Below the pieces are notes generated by a model that had not been told where the DNA came from, made no database searches, and saw nothing but the letters and a program-made list of their open reading frames with translations. The translations under genes were made by a program, and so were the position numbers. A stretch of DNA of 64,000 nt from an uncultured Planctomycetota bacterium (lineage in GTDB: Bacteria; Planctomycetota; Planctomycetia; Isosphaerales; Isosphaeraceae): contig CAWJTV010000049.1 in the NCBI GenBank assembly GCA_963845755.1, positions 88,741 through 152,740 of the forward strand. Reading direction: 5' to 3'. Shown here piece after piece: positions 21,770-33,006 of the stretch; position 1 is the first letter of the stretch; the number at the start of each line of letters is the position of its first letter.

Positions 21770-23353
21770 GTGACAACGATGCAGCACACCGCCCGCATCG
21801 CCGTGCTCATGGCCGGTGCCGCGGCCTTGCTCGGATGGGAGCTTCGCCACATGGAGGCCACATTCGCCGACGGCCTCCGCTATCTCCACCGGGCCGAACG
21901 CATCGAGCGCGGCGACGGGTCAGACAGCGTCATCCAGGGAATCGACCATCCGCTCCATCCGCTCGGCATCGTTGCGGCGCACCGGGTGCTCGGGGGATCC
22001 AGTCCGGCGTCGTGGCAGCGTGCCGCACTGGCGCTGTGCTTCCTCTGCGCGGTGCTCCTGGTCATCCCCACTTATTTGCTCGCCCTGGAACTCTTCGGCG
22101 AAGAAGCGGCCTGGCTGGCCTGCGTCCTCGTGCTGCTGAACCCGATCATCGGCTATATCGTGGTCAACATCCTGAGCGAGAGCACGTTCTTGCTCGTGTG
22201 GACATTCGGCTTGTGGGCGGCCGTCCGATTCCTTCGTGAGGGGCGGTTTCTCTGGCTGCCTCTGGCGATCGGGTTCGGTGCACTGGCTTACCTGACCCGC
22301 CCGGAAGGGATGCTCTTGCCGGCAGCCATCGTGCTGACGCTCTTGCTGCTGCCGATGCTCCGCGCGACCCGGATCAACTGGCCGCGATGGTGGCGGGCCC
22401 TGGCGTTCCTGGCGGCCGGTCCGGTCCTGTTGGCGGGCCCTTACATCGCGATCAAAGGGGGCCTCGGGACCAAGCCGGGAATCGCACGGGTCCTGGGACT
22501 GGCGCCGCGCTCGGATCCCATGGGGCTGGAACGCGAGCATCCGCTGACCCCCGACCAGTCGGCGCTGGAAATCTATCGTGCCGCCACGATCCGCATGCTC
22601 CGGGTCTTCCGCGCGGCGGTGACTCCGCCCTTGTTCGCGGTTGGGTTGCTCGGCCTGGTTGTAGCCGCCTTCCAGGGTTCACGGATCCGCGCCTGGCTCT
22701 TCCTGGCGATCATCTTGACCGCGTCGGCCGTCGGGTTGGTGCGCCTTCATGCCACGGGCGGATACTGCACGGTCCGGCATGGACTGGTACCCGGCATGAT
22801 CCTCACGCTGGCGGCGGCCCACGGACTCGCCTGGATAATGAGCAAGGTGGCGATCCCCGGCCGCTGGCTCGGTCTGGCCTCCGAACGACTGCGACCCGGA
22901 CCCGTCATCTGGGCGACCTTGCTGGCACTTCTGGTCATGTTGCCGAACGTCCGTGCCCTGGGACCCGCGACCGCCGGTCCGTATTCCGTCTACCGGTTGA
23001 CCGGCGATTGGCTCGCGCAGAATACCGACGCGTCCGGCGGGGTCCTGGACCTGACGGACTGGTCGCTCTTCTTCAGCCAGCGCGCGGGCTATCCCTTCGC
23101 GACAGTCTACGACGCTCCGTCTCACCCCGACCTCCGCTGGATCGTCGCCCGCAAGCCTCACGTCGTGGGCCACTGGCACTACAGCCAGGTGATCCGCGAG
23201 CTGATCGGGGACCGCGAGCCCGTCGCCTTGATCCCTCCTCACCCGGCACACGATCAAGTCCAGATCCGCATTTATGACCGGCACGCCCTCTCGCCCCCGA
23301 GCGCCGCCGCGGCGAATTCATCGCCTCACGAGGCCGATCGCACACGCCGTTGA
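21770..23353 (+). CDS. GT-C fold (ArnT/PMT-like) membrane glycosyltransferase
   Basis: ADGLRY, HPLHP, LSESTF, LAYLTRPEG and about 10 TM segments; sits in a glycosyltransferase cluster. Confidence 0.75.
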   Translation: MTTMQHTARIAVLMAGAAALLGWELRHMEATFADGLRYLHRAERIERGDGSDSVIQGIDHPLHPLGIVAAHRVLGGSSPASWQRAALALCFLCAVLLVIPTYLLALELFGEEAAWLACVLVLLNPIIGYIVVNILSESTFLLVWTFGLWAAVRFLREGRFLWLPLAIGFGALAYLTRPEGMLLPAAIVLTLLLLPMLRATRINWPRWWRALAFLAAGPVLLAGPYIAIKGGLGTKPGIARVLGLAPRSDPMGLEREHPLTPDQSALEIYRAATIRMLRVFRAAVTPPLFAVGLLGLVVAAFQGSRIRAWLFLAIILTASAVGLVRLHATGGYCTVRHGLVPGMILTLAAAHGLAWIMSKVAIPGRWLGLASERLRPGPVIWATLLALLVMLPNVRALGPATAGPYSVYRLTGDWLAQNTDASGGVLDLTDWSLFFSQRAGYPFATVYDAPSHPDLRWIVARKPHVVGHWHYSQVIRELIGDREPVALIPPHPAHDQVQIRIYDRHALSPPSAAAANSSPHEADRTRR

Positions 23354-23406
23354 GACTTCGTCCGACCGATCTCCAATCCCCCCATAATTCCCTTCGGACT
23401 GTCCCG

Positions 23407-24662
23407 ATGTCAATCTCCCCCTCGGCTCCCTCGACCCGTACCTTGGCTGGTCGGCCGTCGTCGCGCGCGGACGGATCCCATACCGTCCAATCGGCGGCCC
23501 TACCGACTGGTCGGCGCCGGCGAGGCGGCGTACCGTGGGGATTCGCCGGCATGCTCGTGCTGGTCCTGACGATCGAGGGCGCCGTCGCACGCCGATGGCT
23601 GGATTTCTCGGACCCCGTCAGCTTGAGCTGGAGGTTCAGTGCGGAGGCGGCCCGCTTGCAGGCTCCGGGCCGCGACCTGCTCTGCCTGGGCGATAGCCTG
23701 GCCAAGCACGGGGTGATCCCGGCGGTCGTCGAGCGTCAGTCGAACCTTCGCACGGTCAACCTGGCGGCCGCGCGATGTCCGACCCTGATGACCTACTATC
23801 TCTTCCGACGCGCACTCGATGCCGGTGCGCACCCCTCGGCGATCGTCATCAACACCAAGCAGGCCGTGCTGATCGGCGGTCCCGATTACAATGCCGCCTA
23901 CTGGCCGGCCGTCCTCTCGCCCTGGGAATGCCTGGAGCTGGGACGCATCAGTCGACGACCCGAGACTGCGGCGGCCGCACTCGTCGGCTGCCTGCTCCCG
24001 TCGCTCCGTTCGCGCCTGGAAATCCGATCGAACTTGATGGCGGAATTGCGCGGTGAGATCGACCCCCTCCACGACATCAACCGTGTCCTCTGGCGAAACT
24101 GGACCGTCAACGACGGTGCCAATGTCGCCAGTTTCCACTCTGGTTATCACGGTGAGTTATCACCGGAGATCCAGGAAAACTTGCATCCAGATGCCTTCCA
24201 TGTGAACCGGAGCAATGAAGCGGGATTGGAGAGCCTGCTCCGCCTGGCCGCCGAGCGGAGCATCCGGGTTTACTGGCTCCTGACTCCACTCTCGCCCGGC
24301 CTCCAGGCCTGGCGCGACCGGAGCGGTGCCGAGGCCCGGTTCGAGGAATGGGTTCGCCGTTTCCAGGCTCGATATCCCCAGGTCGTCACGATCCTCGACG
24401 CCCGCCGCGTGGTCTCGGCCCCATCGATGTTCATCGACGCCACGCATCTGGCCGGACGGGGTGGAATTGCATCAGCCACTCCTTGGGAATGACTCTCAAG
24501 AACGAGGCCGGCCAACCTCTCTCTTCCTCCCATCCGCGTTGGATTGTCCTCGATCCGATGGATTCCGACCCGAATACGGAAGCCGAACGGACACTCGAAG
24601 ATGTTGATGAGTCCAAGAACATCCTCCGCGTGGAATCCCAGGGCGAAAAGTTGATCCGGTGA
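23407..24662 (+). CDS. Membrane-anchored SGNH-like protein (frameshift near 24470)
   Basis: N-terminal TM helix, LCLGDS, VNLAAA, FIDATHL (GDS ... DxxH pattern). Confidence 0.65.
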
Positions 24663-24892
24663 TCCCACCCGCGGTGAGTCGTCTCGAGCCAACCGGACCG
24701 TGCCAGTAACTCCATGTCTTCCTCAGCCCAACACGCACGCATTCATCCTCCTTTGAGGCGACCGCTGGATCGTCCCGGATTGCGAGTGATATCCTCGCAA
24801 TGTGCAAGGCCATCCCCGTGAAAAGGGGCGCGAGGGCGCTGTCATCGATAAACTGCGGGTTGGGGAATCGCGAGCGACACCGGCGTTTTTTT

Positions 24893-26521
24893 CTAGGCTG
24901 GCAAAGTTAGCTGGAGGCAGCGGTGCTCCAAGTCCTTGAGGTAGGCATCGGGATTGTGGCGGAACCGGCGTTGCTTCCGCCGCGATTCCCGCCGCGCCTC
25001 CAGTTCCGTGCGCAGTCCCTTCCAATCCTCAACATAGCCCGGGCTCAGCACCAAGCCTTCGTCCGGCCGCAGCCGCGTCGCCAGCCCCGAGATCACCCGC
25101 GCCGAGCCCATCACCACCAGGCCCGGCGACCCCCGACGCCGACCGCTGGCCCGGCGCTCGTGGTAGCGATGACTGCCGAAGGTGTGCTCCAGGTCGTTAT
25201 TCGTCCGCGGCAGATCCGACGACTCGTAGCAGGCAAACAAGCCCGGCCAGTAGCTCCGGGTCACCTTCACGAACTGCTTCAAACCCGCCCGCACCGTGGG
25301 CTCGTCTGTCGTCGCCACCGCCCGGCGCATTCGCGCCAGCAGTTGCACCAGCCGCCGCCGCACCTTCTTCGCCGGCAGCCCCTCCTCGTTCTTGAGGATC
25401 CGGGCGGCGCGCTTGACCCATTGGTACGACTCGCGCACCGCCGGGAACAGCGCGGCCGTCTCCTCCAGCCCGCGCCGCAGCAATTGCCTCAGCCGTTTCA
25501 AACCCCCGGGCAGGTCGCCCGCCTTGGCGACGACATCGTCCAAGTTGGCGGCAATCCGGCTCAATCGATCCTGCCGCTTCAGCCCGGAGGCCGAAAGCGG
25601 TGGCAGTCCGTCGTCGGTCAAGGCCCCGCGCACCGCGGCGCAGTAGTCCCGCACCACCTCCGCCTCCGCGTCCTCCGCGTCGTCCTCCAGCTCCTTCTCC
25701 GCCGCACGCTCGATCTTCCGGATGCCCCGCACCCGCTTCTTCAACTCCTTCTTGGCGTGGCGATCCGCCTCGTAGATCGGCTTGGCCGCCTCGCGGAGGT
25801 AGTGGAAATGGCAGAGCTGATGGGGGACACCTTTGAGGGCGATAGCCACGGCGTTGCGGATGCTCTCCTGACCGTCGGAGACCACGCCGGTGATCGGCAC
25901 CGGCAGGACCTTCCGCACCTGGTCGATCAGGCCGGCCAGGTCCTGGGCCGTGGACGACAGCAGGCTCTTGGCCAGGAGGATCTCGCCGGAGAGGCAGTCG
26001 CGCAGCACCCAGAGGACCTCGTGGCCGACATCCGGCTGCAGGCCGTCGATGGCCAGGATGACGCGGCCCTGCGGGCGCAACAGCGGACCGAGTCGCTGGG
26101 GATCGGCCGTGGCCAGGGACCGCAGCTCGTCGTAGCGGTCCAACAGGTTGGTGACGGTGCGTTCGGCCAGGATGAGCCCGCGGTGCGTGAGCTCGCGGTG
26201 GATCTCGGGGATGCTGCGGTGCTCGGCATAGCGGAGCCGGCCCACCAGGGCCATGACGTCGAGGCCGAACTCGTGATAGGGCAAGGCGAAGTGGGGCTCA
26301 GCCTCAGGGCGGTAGGGTCTCAGGAAGCGGGAGCAGGCGGGATTGGGGCAGCGTCGGATCGTCAGGGTCAGCCGGAAGACGCCGTCGAGGGTGCTGATGG
26401 TGCGAAAGTTGTTGTAGTCGGCACCGGTCCGGTGCTGGCACTCGGGGCAGTTCAAGAGGACCGGAGTGAGGGTTAAGGCGCGATCGGGTTGCGGTCGAGG
26501 TCGTCGTTTGTGGTTGCGCAT
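24893..26521 (-). CDS. DDE transposase (Mutator/IS256/ISL3-like catalytic motifs)
   Basis: Intact 542 aa; Zn-finger CPEC...CPNPAC, ILAIDG, VVSDG, QLCHFH, RTNNDLE. Confidence 0.9.
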   Translation of the reverse strand: MRNHKRRPRPQPDRALTLTPVLLNCPECQHRTGADYNNFRTISTLDGVFRLTLTIRRCPNPACSRFLRPYRPEAEPHFALPYHEFGLDVMALVGRLRYAEHRSIPEIHRELTHRGLILAERTVTNLLDRYDELRSLATADPQRLGPLLRPQGRVILAIDGLQPDVGHEVLWVLRDCLSGEILLAKSLLSSTAQDLAGLIDQVRKVLPVPITGVVSDGQESIRNAVAIALKGVPHQLCHFHYLREAAKPIYEADRHAKKELKKRVRGIRKIERAAEKELEDDAEDAEAEVVRDYCAAVRGALTDDGLPPLSASGLKRQDRLSRIAANLDDVVAKAGDLPGGLKRLRQLLRRGLEETAALFPAVRESYQWVKRAARILKNEEGLPAKKVRRRLVQLLARMRRAVATTDEPTVRAGLKQFVKVTRSYWPGLFACYESSDLPRTNNDLEHTFGSHRYHERRASGRRRGSPGLVVMGSARVISGLATRLRPDEGLVLSPGYVEDWKGLRTELEARRESRRKQRRFRHNPDAYLKDLEHRCLQLTLPA

Positions 26522-26602
26522 GGAAAGCCTCCTCTGCTCTGTTCTGTTCTTACGTCCATTATACCAAGCCGAGGGGCTTCCCAGCTACTTTTGCTATCCT
26601 AG
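24893..26602 (-). mobile_element. Insertion sequence, 1710 bp, with 22-bp imperfect terminal inverted repeats and poly-T flanks
   Basis: Left end ctaggctggcaaagttagctgg; right end ccagctacttttgctatcctag (18/22 complementary). Flanked by T7 (24886-24892) and T8 (26603-26610). Confidence 0.85.
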
Positions 26603-26686
26603 TTTTTTTTCTTCGGTCATCATGAAACGAAACCGGACGGCTTCTTCTCTTGGGTATAGAGGGCCAGCTATCGGGGAGGAACATCA

Positions 26687-29600
26687 ATGCTCGATCCAAC
26701 CAACTGCCCGGCGTGCGGGTCGATGCTGCCGCCCGACGCACCGGGCGGTCTGTGTCCGGCATGCCTCCTGCAGCAAGGGCTCGCGGGCGACCAATCGAAC
26801 GCCTCCGGCGAGGACATCGGCAGTGCCTTCGAGCAGGGTCGGTTGAGCGGTCTGGCCGACTTGTCTTCCCGGTTTGGTGCGATGCCCCGCTTGCTCCTCC
26901 GAGAGGCCAGTCCGGGCGAAGTTCCCTGTCCGGTCGTCTGCCCCTCATCTCCCGAAATGCCCGCTCCGATCCACCGCGGCGACCGCTATCAGCTCCTAGG
27001 CGAGATCGCCCGAGGCGGCATGGGTGCGGTCCTCAAGGGCCGGGATCCCGACCTGGGCCGCGACCTGGCGATCAAGGTCTTGCTCGAGAAGCACCGCGAC
27101 CACCCCGAGCTGGTCCACCGGTTTGTCGAGGAGGCGCAGATCGGCGGCCAGCTCCAGCACCCGGGAATCGTTCCGGTTTACGAGGTCGGCCAGTTCGGGG
27201 ACGACCGGCCTTACTTTGCAATGAGACTGGTTGAGGGCCAAACGCTCGCGGCATTGCTGGCAGCTCGCGCGAACACCCCGGAGGACTTGCCCCGATTCCT
27301 CGACATCTTCGCGCACGTCTGCCAGACGATGGCTTATGCACACTCTCGCGGCGTGATCCATCGCGATCTGAAACCTTCCAACATCATGGTGGGCAGTTTC
27401 GGCGAGATCCAGGTGATGGACTGGGGTCTGGCTAAGGTCTTGTCTCGGGGCGGCGTGGCCGACGAGCCGCTGGCTCCTCCCGCCCGGGAATCCGCGCGGA
27501 TTGCGACGGCCCGCAATGGCTCGGATATCGGGATATCGCGGGCCGGGTCGGTGCTGGGAACGCCGGCCTACATGGCGCCCGAGCAGGCGCGAGGGGATCT
27601 CGATCAGGTGGATGAGCGGGCCGATGTCTTCGGACTGGGCGCCATCCTCTGCGAGATCCTGACCGGCCGTCCTCCTTATCTCGCCGCCGACGCCGGCGAA
27701 CTCAAGGGCCGGGCAGCCCGGGCCGAGCTGGACGACGCGTATGACTGCCTGGGGGCCTGCGGCGCCGAACTCGAGCTCATCGCCCTGTCTCGACGATGTC
27801 TAGCGGCGCGGCCCGAAGATCGGCCTCGTGATGCCGGGATCGTGGCTGCCGAGCTGACGGGCTACCTGCGCGGAATACAGGAACGGCTCAGGCAGGCCGA
27901 GCTCCAGAGCGTGGAGGCCCAGGCCCGGGCGACCGAGGAGAAGAAACGGAGGCGGCTGGCGGTGGGGCTGGCCGCGGCGGTGGTCGGACTCATCGTGACG
28001 GCGGGCGGTGGAGGCGTCTGGGCGCTCCACCAGCATCATGTTCGAGCCGCTCGGGTCGATCTCCTGATCCACAACGCCGAGTTCTTGAAGGCGCAGGCCG
28101 AAGAGACAGGAGACGACCTGGCCCGGTGGGCGGTGGCTCGCGAGGCCGTGCGCCGCGCGTTGGCGGTCGTCGACGATGTCCGCGACGCTGCGACCCGTAG
28201 CCGGCTCGTGACCCTGGAGAGGCAGATCGGGAAGCTGGCCGACGCGGCCGAAGCCTACGCCCGGTTGCTCGACCGGCTCGCCGAGGTCCGCGAGGCGATG
28301 GACGAGATCCCCGCGGGTCAGACCGAAGCGGCCTACGCGGCGGAGTTCCAGGGCGCGGGATGGGATCCGGATACTCAGACTCCGGAGGAGATGGGGCGAG
28401 CCATCGCGCGGCGCCCGATTCGAACGGCCGTCGGACTTGCCGTCGCCCTGGACCACTGGGCGGCCCTGCGGCTCGATCAGGGGAACCGGTCGGGCGCCGG
28501 CCGCATCACAGCCGTTGCTCGAGTGGCCGACCCCGACGATTACCGCGGTCGGCTCCGCACGGCATTGATGGAGCCCCGTGTCTCGGAGCGCCGGGTGGCC
28601 CTCCGAGAGCTGGCCCGATCGGCAACAGCCGCGGAGCTGCCGCCAGTCACCTCGGCGCTGCTAGGCGTGGGTCTGCTCCGCGCGGGCGACCCGATCACCG
28701 CCGAGTCCGTGCTGCGGCCTGCGCAGCGGCGTCATCCCGCCGACCCCTGGCTGGCCCAGGTCCTGGCCAGGACGCTGGAGACGCGGTCACGGCCCGAGGA
28801 GGCCATTCGCTACTACTTCATCGCCCGCGCCGCACGACCCGAATCCGCCCACGCCCTGGCTCATGCCCTCGAGCGCCAGGGTGAATGGACGGAGGCGATC
28901 GACGTACTCCGAGAGGCCGTCCGCCTCAACCCGGCGAACGTGCGGCACCACTCCTGCCTCGCCAAGGCCCTGAAGGCGCAAGGTCAAGTTCGGGAAGCCG
29001 AAAAGGAGCTTGACGCAGCCCTTGCAGCGGCCCGCGAGGCGCTGCAACACACTCCCGACGTCTCGTTGCACCATACGCTACGCAATATCGCCATTAAGCA
29101 ACCAGCCCGGATGAAGGAGGTCATTGCGGCTTATCGGGCCGCGATCCGGTTGAGGCCGGATGATGCTTCGGCCCATTATCACCTCGGGACCATTCTGGAT
29201 CGCAGCGGCCGGGCCGACCAGGCGATTGCCGAGTACCGCGCGGCGATCCGGCTCGAGCCCGATCTCGCCGAAGCCTACCTCGGCCTGGGCATCGTCCTCG
29301 CGAAGCTCGAGCACGATCATGCAGGGGCCATCTCCGTCTTTCAGGACCTGATCCGGATCCGGCCTGACGACGCCTTGGTCCACTTCAACTTCGGGATCGT
29401 CCTCGCAGGACAGGGCCGGCGCAACGAGGCGATTGCCGAGTACCGCGCGGCGATCCGGCTCAAGCCCGATTTCGCCGAAGCCTACTGCAACCTGGGTGCG
29501 ATTCTGACGAACATGGAATCCAGCCGGGGCGAGGCTCACACCGTCTTGCGAGAAGCGGTCCGGCTCAAACCCGATGATGCCTTTTCGCATTTCAATCTCG

Positions 29601-30469
29601 CCAACCTGCTGAGGATGACCGGCCGGGCCGACGAGGCGATCGCCGAGTACCGGGAGACCATCCGGCTCGAGCCTCGCCTGGCAGGAGCCCACTACGCTCT
29701 CGGCACCATCCTGGAACACGGGGACCAGATCAGCGAGGCGATGGCCGAGCTCCGTGCGGCGATCCGGTTCAAGCCCGATTTCGCCAAAGCCCACTGCGAT
29801 CTCGGCTTTATGCTCAGAAAGGAAGGACGGTACGCCGAGTCGCTCGCCTCGTACGAACGTGGTCACGAGCTGGGTTCGAGGCATCCCGACTGGTCTCATC
29901 CTTCGGAGCAATGGGTGGCACAGGCTCGGCGATTGGCCCGGCTCGCGCCGCGACTCCCCGCTCTGGTCCGCGGCGAGACCCAGCCGGCCGATGCCATCGA
30001 GTCGCTCGACGTCGCCGGAGTCGCCTACGATAAGGGTTTGTACGCGGCGGCCGCGCGGCTGTTCGCCAAGGGGTTCGCAGCCGAACCGAGGGCCGCCGAA
30101 AACCTGGCGAGTCCAGACCGCTACAACGCCGCTGGTTCCGCAGCGATGGCCGGCTGCGGCAAGGGCAAGGACCAGCCTCCGCCCGATGGGGCCGCCAGGC
30201 TCACACTGCGCCGACAAGCGCTGAGCTGGCTCGAAGCCGACCTGGCGGCGCGGTCGAAGATCATGGTAAGTGGCACTCGGGAGGCCAGCTCCGCAGCCCG
30301 GCGTAGCCTCATCCAGAATCTCGAACACTGGAAGCATGACTCGGATCTCGCCGGGGTCCGCGACAGTGACGCCCTGAAGGAACTTGACCCGGCCGAGCAG
30401 GCCGCCTGGCGAGCGTTCTGGGCCAAGGTTGACCGAGTCCTGGCCCGGTCAGCAACCGCTCCTGATTGA
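26687..30469 (+). CDS. Hanks-type Ser/Thr protein kinase with a TM segment and TPR repeats
   Basis: GEIARGGMGAV, AIKVL, HRDLKPSN, DWGLAK, GTPAYMAPEQ; TM segment after RRR; repeated AIAEYRAAIRL.PD.AEA; N-terminal CPAC...CPAC. Confidence 0.95.
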   Translation: MLDPTNCPACGSMLPPDAPGGLCPACLLQQGLAGDQSNASGEDIGSAFEQGRLSGLADLSSRFGAMPRLLLREASPGEVPCPVVCPSSPEMPAPIHRGDRYQLLGEIARGGMGAVLKGRDPDLGRDLAIKVLLEKHRDHPELVHRFVEEAQIGGQLQHPGIVPVYEVGQFGDDRPYFAMRLVEGQTLAALLAARANTPEDLPRFLDIFAHVCQTMAYAHSRGVIHRDLKPSNIMVGSFGEIQVMDWGLAKVLSRGGVADEPLAPPARESARIATARNGSDIGISRAGSVLGTPAYMAPEQARGDLDQVDERADVFGLGAILCEILTGRPPYLAADAGELKGRAARAELDDAYDCLGACGAELELIALSRRCLAARPEDRPRDAGIVAAELTGYLRGIQERLRQAELQSVEAQARATEEKKRRRLAVGLAAAVVGLIVTAGGGGVWALHQHHVRAARVDLLIHNAEFLKAQAEETGDDLARWAVAREAVRRALAVVDDVRDAATRSRLVTLERQIGKLADAAEAYARLLDRLAEVREAMDEIPAGQTEAAYAAEFQGAGWDPDTQTPEEMGRAIARRPIRTAVGLAVALDHWAALRLDQGNRSGAGRITAVARVADPDDYRGRLRTALMEPRVSERRVALRELARSATAAELPPVTSALLGVGLLRAGDPITAESVLRPAQRRHPADPWLAQVLARTLETRSRPEEAIRYYFIARAARPESAHALAHALERQGEWTEAIDVLREAVRLNPANVRHHSCLAKALKAQGQVREAEKELDAALAAAREALQHTPDVSLHHTLRNIAIKQPARMKEVIAAYRAAIRLRPDDASAHYHLGTILDRSGRADQAIAEYRAAIRLEPDLAEAYLGLGIVLAKLEHDHAGAISVFQDLIRIRPDDALVHFNFGIVLAGQGRRNEAIAEYRAAIRLKPDFAEAYCNLGAILTNMESSRGEAHTVLREAVRLKPDDAFSHFNLANLLRMTGRADEAIAEYRETIRLEPRLAGAHYALGTILEHGDQISEAMAELRAAIRFKPDFAKAHCDLGFMLRKEGRYAESLASYERGHELGSRHPDWSHPSEQWVAQARRLARLAPRLPALVRGETQPADAIESLDVAGVAYDKGLYAAAARLFAKGFAAEPRAAENLASPDRYNAAGSAAMAGCGKGKDQPPPDGAARLTLRRQALSWLEADLAARSKIMVSGTREASSAARRSLIQNLEHWKHDSDLAGVRDSDALKELDPAEQAAWRAFWAKVDRVLARSATAPD

Positions 30470-30625
30470 TCGACCATTGAGGGGATGAGCGAGGGCAGAT
30501 TGATGTGTCTGCCCGCCCTGACGCAGCTCTGGCAGCGCCCCGCTCCCCGTGCGCACCGATCGTGATCGTGAGTTCGTCTCGTTTCGCAACTTCGACCCTG
30601 CTTCACCATTCAGGAGGATCCACCA

Positions 30626-33006
30626 ATGCGCTCGAACCGGTTTCTGTCCCGCTTGAGCGAGATTTCTCAGATCAGTACGCCGCCGCGCCGACGTCAGCGG
30701 CAACGCTTGCCTCGGCTCGAGTCCCTGGAAGACCGACTGGTCCTCAGCACCCTGACCGTCACGAGTGCCGGCGATGAAGGACCGGGGACCCTCCGTGCCG
30801 AGATCGGCGATGCACAGGCCGGCGACACGATCAAGTTCGCCGCGAGCCTGGACGGCCAGACCATCAGCCTGACCAGCGGCGAGCTGGCGATTGGCCAGAA
30901 CCTGACCATCAAAGGACCGGGCGCGGGGCTCCTGGACGTGGACGCGGGCGGAACGAGCCGGGTCTTCGACGTCACCTCGGCCTCGGCAGCCATCTCGATC
31001 TCGGGCCTGACCATCAGCGGCGGCAACTCCGAAGACGGGGGCGGCATCCTGGACCAGGGAGGGACGCTCACCTTGACCAGCGATACGCTGACCAATGACC
31101 AGGCGATCGGCGTCAACCCCGGCGACACGGTGCAAGGCGGAGCCGTGTACATCACCGACAGCGGGACGCTCACGGTGAAGTCGAGCCGGTTTGTGAATGA
31201 TCTGGCGCAGGGCGCCGCGGCGCCAACGGAGGGACTGCGGAGATCAACGGCACCGGCGGCGACGGCGACGGAGGCGCGATCTACGCCGACCTCGGTACAA
31301 GCCTGACCGTCAGCGGCTGTACGTTCAGCGGCAACCAGGCGATCGGCGGCGCCGGCGGTTCCGGCGGTGCGGGCGTCGTGAACGGCACCGGCGGCAACGG
31401 CATTGGCTCGGCCATCGACACACTCGGCGTCGCCTTCTCGGCAACCAATAGCACGTTCACGGGCGACCTGGGTCTCGGCGGCGCCGGTGGCCCAGGCCTC
31501 CAAGTCGATCCATACACCTTCAACGGCGCCGCAGGCAGCGCCAATGGCACGATCTACATCGGGTCACCCGCAGCCTCCGCACCCTTCACATTCACCGGTG
31601 ACACCTTCTCCCACGAACAGGCCATCGGGGGTGCAGGGGCCAACAGCGAGGGGCCGGGTTATTCGGTGTACGGCGGCCTGGGCGGTGGGGCCGGCGCCCT
31701 CATCAACAACAATAACGGTATACCCGACATGACCATCCAGAACTGCACCTTCACCCACAACGTGGCCCAGGCAGGCGCCGGGGGCGACAGCGAGTTCGGC
31801 GGCGAGGGCGGTAACGGCGCAGCGGCGATGGTCTTTACCTCCGGCAACCTCACGATCAGCGGCTCGACGTTCACGGACAATCAGGGGATCGGCGGTGTCG
31901 GCGGCACCGGCGCCGACGGCGGATCGGGAGGCGCCGGCGGGTTCTCCGGTGCCATGGTCTGGAGCACTAACATGACGGTCAGCAATTCGATCTTCACCGG
32001 CAACCTGGCGATCGCAGGCGCCGGCGGCGCGGCCGGTGCCGGCGGCGATGGAGGACCCGGTGGAGTCAGCACCGGCGGTGCGATCTTCGTGTACACGCAG
32101 TTGTCGGCGTCCGGGAGCACTTTCCTTGACAATCAGGCGATCGCCGGCAGTGGCGGGGCTGGTGGCGCGGGGGGCTCCGGTGGCCCGGGCGGTCTGGCCG
32201 AAGGCGGTGCGATCGACGACCAGGCTGCTCCGTTCACCATCATCCCGCCGCCATTGCCGGTCAGCACCATCGCGTCGAGCGTGTTCGTGGGCAACGAGTC
32301 GGTCGGCGGCGCGGGGGGAAACGGCAGCCAGGGCGGCGATGGCGGCGACGGCGGGCTAAGCCAGGGAGGCGACATCGTCTGTTTCGGTTACCTCTCCATC
32401 ACCTCGAGCTCGTTCCTCTTCGCCAAGGCACTCGGAGGTGCGGGCGGCTCGGGGGCCACGGGAGGCGCCGGCGGCTCGGCGCAAGGCGGCAGCCTGCAAC
32501 TGTTCGATGGCTTGTACGACCCGAGCAATCCACTCGCCGTCACGGATTCGGTGACCGATTCGTCGGTCGTCGGCGCCGTGGCCGAGGGAGGTTCCGGCGG
32601 CTCGGGCGGCCTATCGGGCAACGGTGGCTCGGGCGGCCTCGCCCAGGGAGGTGGGATCGCCGTCAGCTTCGCGGAAAATATCTCCGGCACGTTCCAGGTC
32701 ACGATCTCCGGGACTATCCTCGCCGGTAACGCCGCCCTCGGCGGGGCTGGCGGCTCCGGAGCCGTCGGCGGGGACGGCGGTGACGCTGAGGGGGGTGGGA
32801 TCTTCGTCGATCCCTACTCGACGGTTGTGCTCGACAGCGACGCGATCTTCGGGAACCTGGCCGACGGCGGCTTGGGTGCCACCGACGGCACCGGATTCGG
32901 CGGTGGCGTTTATCTCTCCGGCACAGGCTCGACGCGGAAAAGCACGACGGTCGCGGGCAACTCGGCGTCGACCAGTAACAACGATGTTTATGGCACGTTC
33001 AGTTGA
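30626..33006 (+). CDS. Secreted Gly-rich repeat protein with a planctomycete LESLEDR N-terminal motif (frameshift near 31230)
   Basis: RRQRQRLPRLESLEDRLVLS, GTLRAEI, and repeats of S.F..N.A.GG.GG...GGAI. Confidence 0.8.

Noticed and set aside
24431..24742. Minus-strand small ORF with a strong AAAGGAGG RBS next to the IS
   Set aside because: It overlaps the 3' end of the SGNH-like gene on the opposite strand and has no recognisable motif; it could be a relic but cannot be supported.
29220..29485. Near-identical DNA repeats of about 59 bp, 207 bp apart, in the kinase gene
   Set aside because: Explained by ordinary recent duplication of TPR units.
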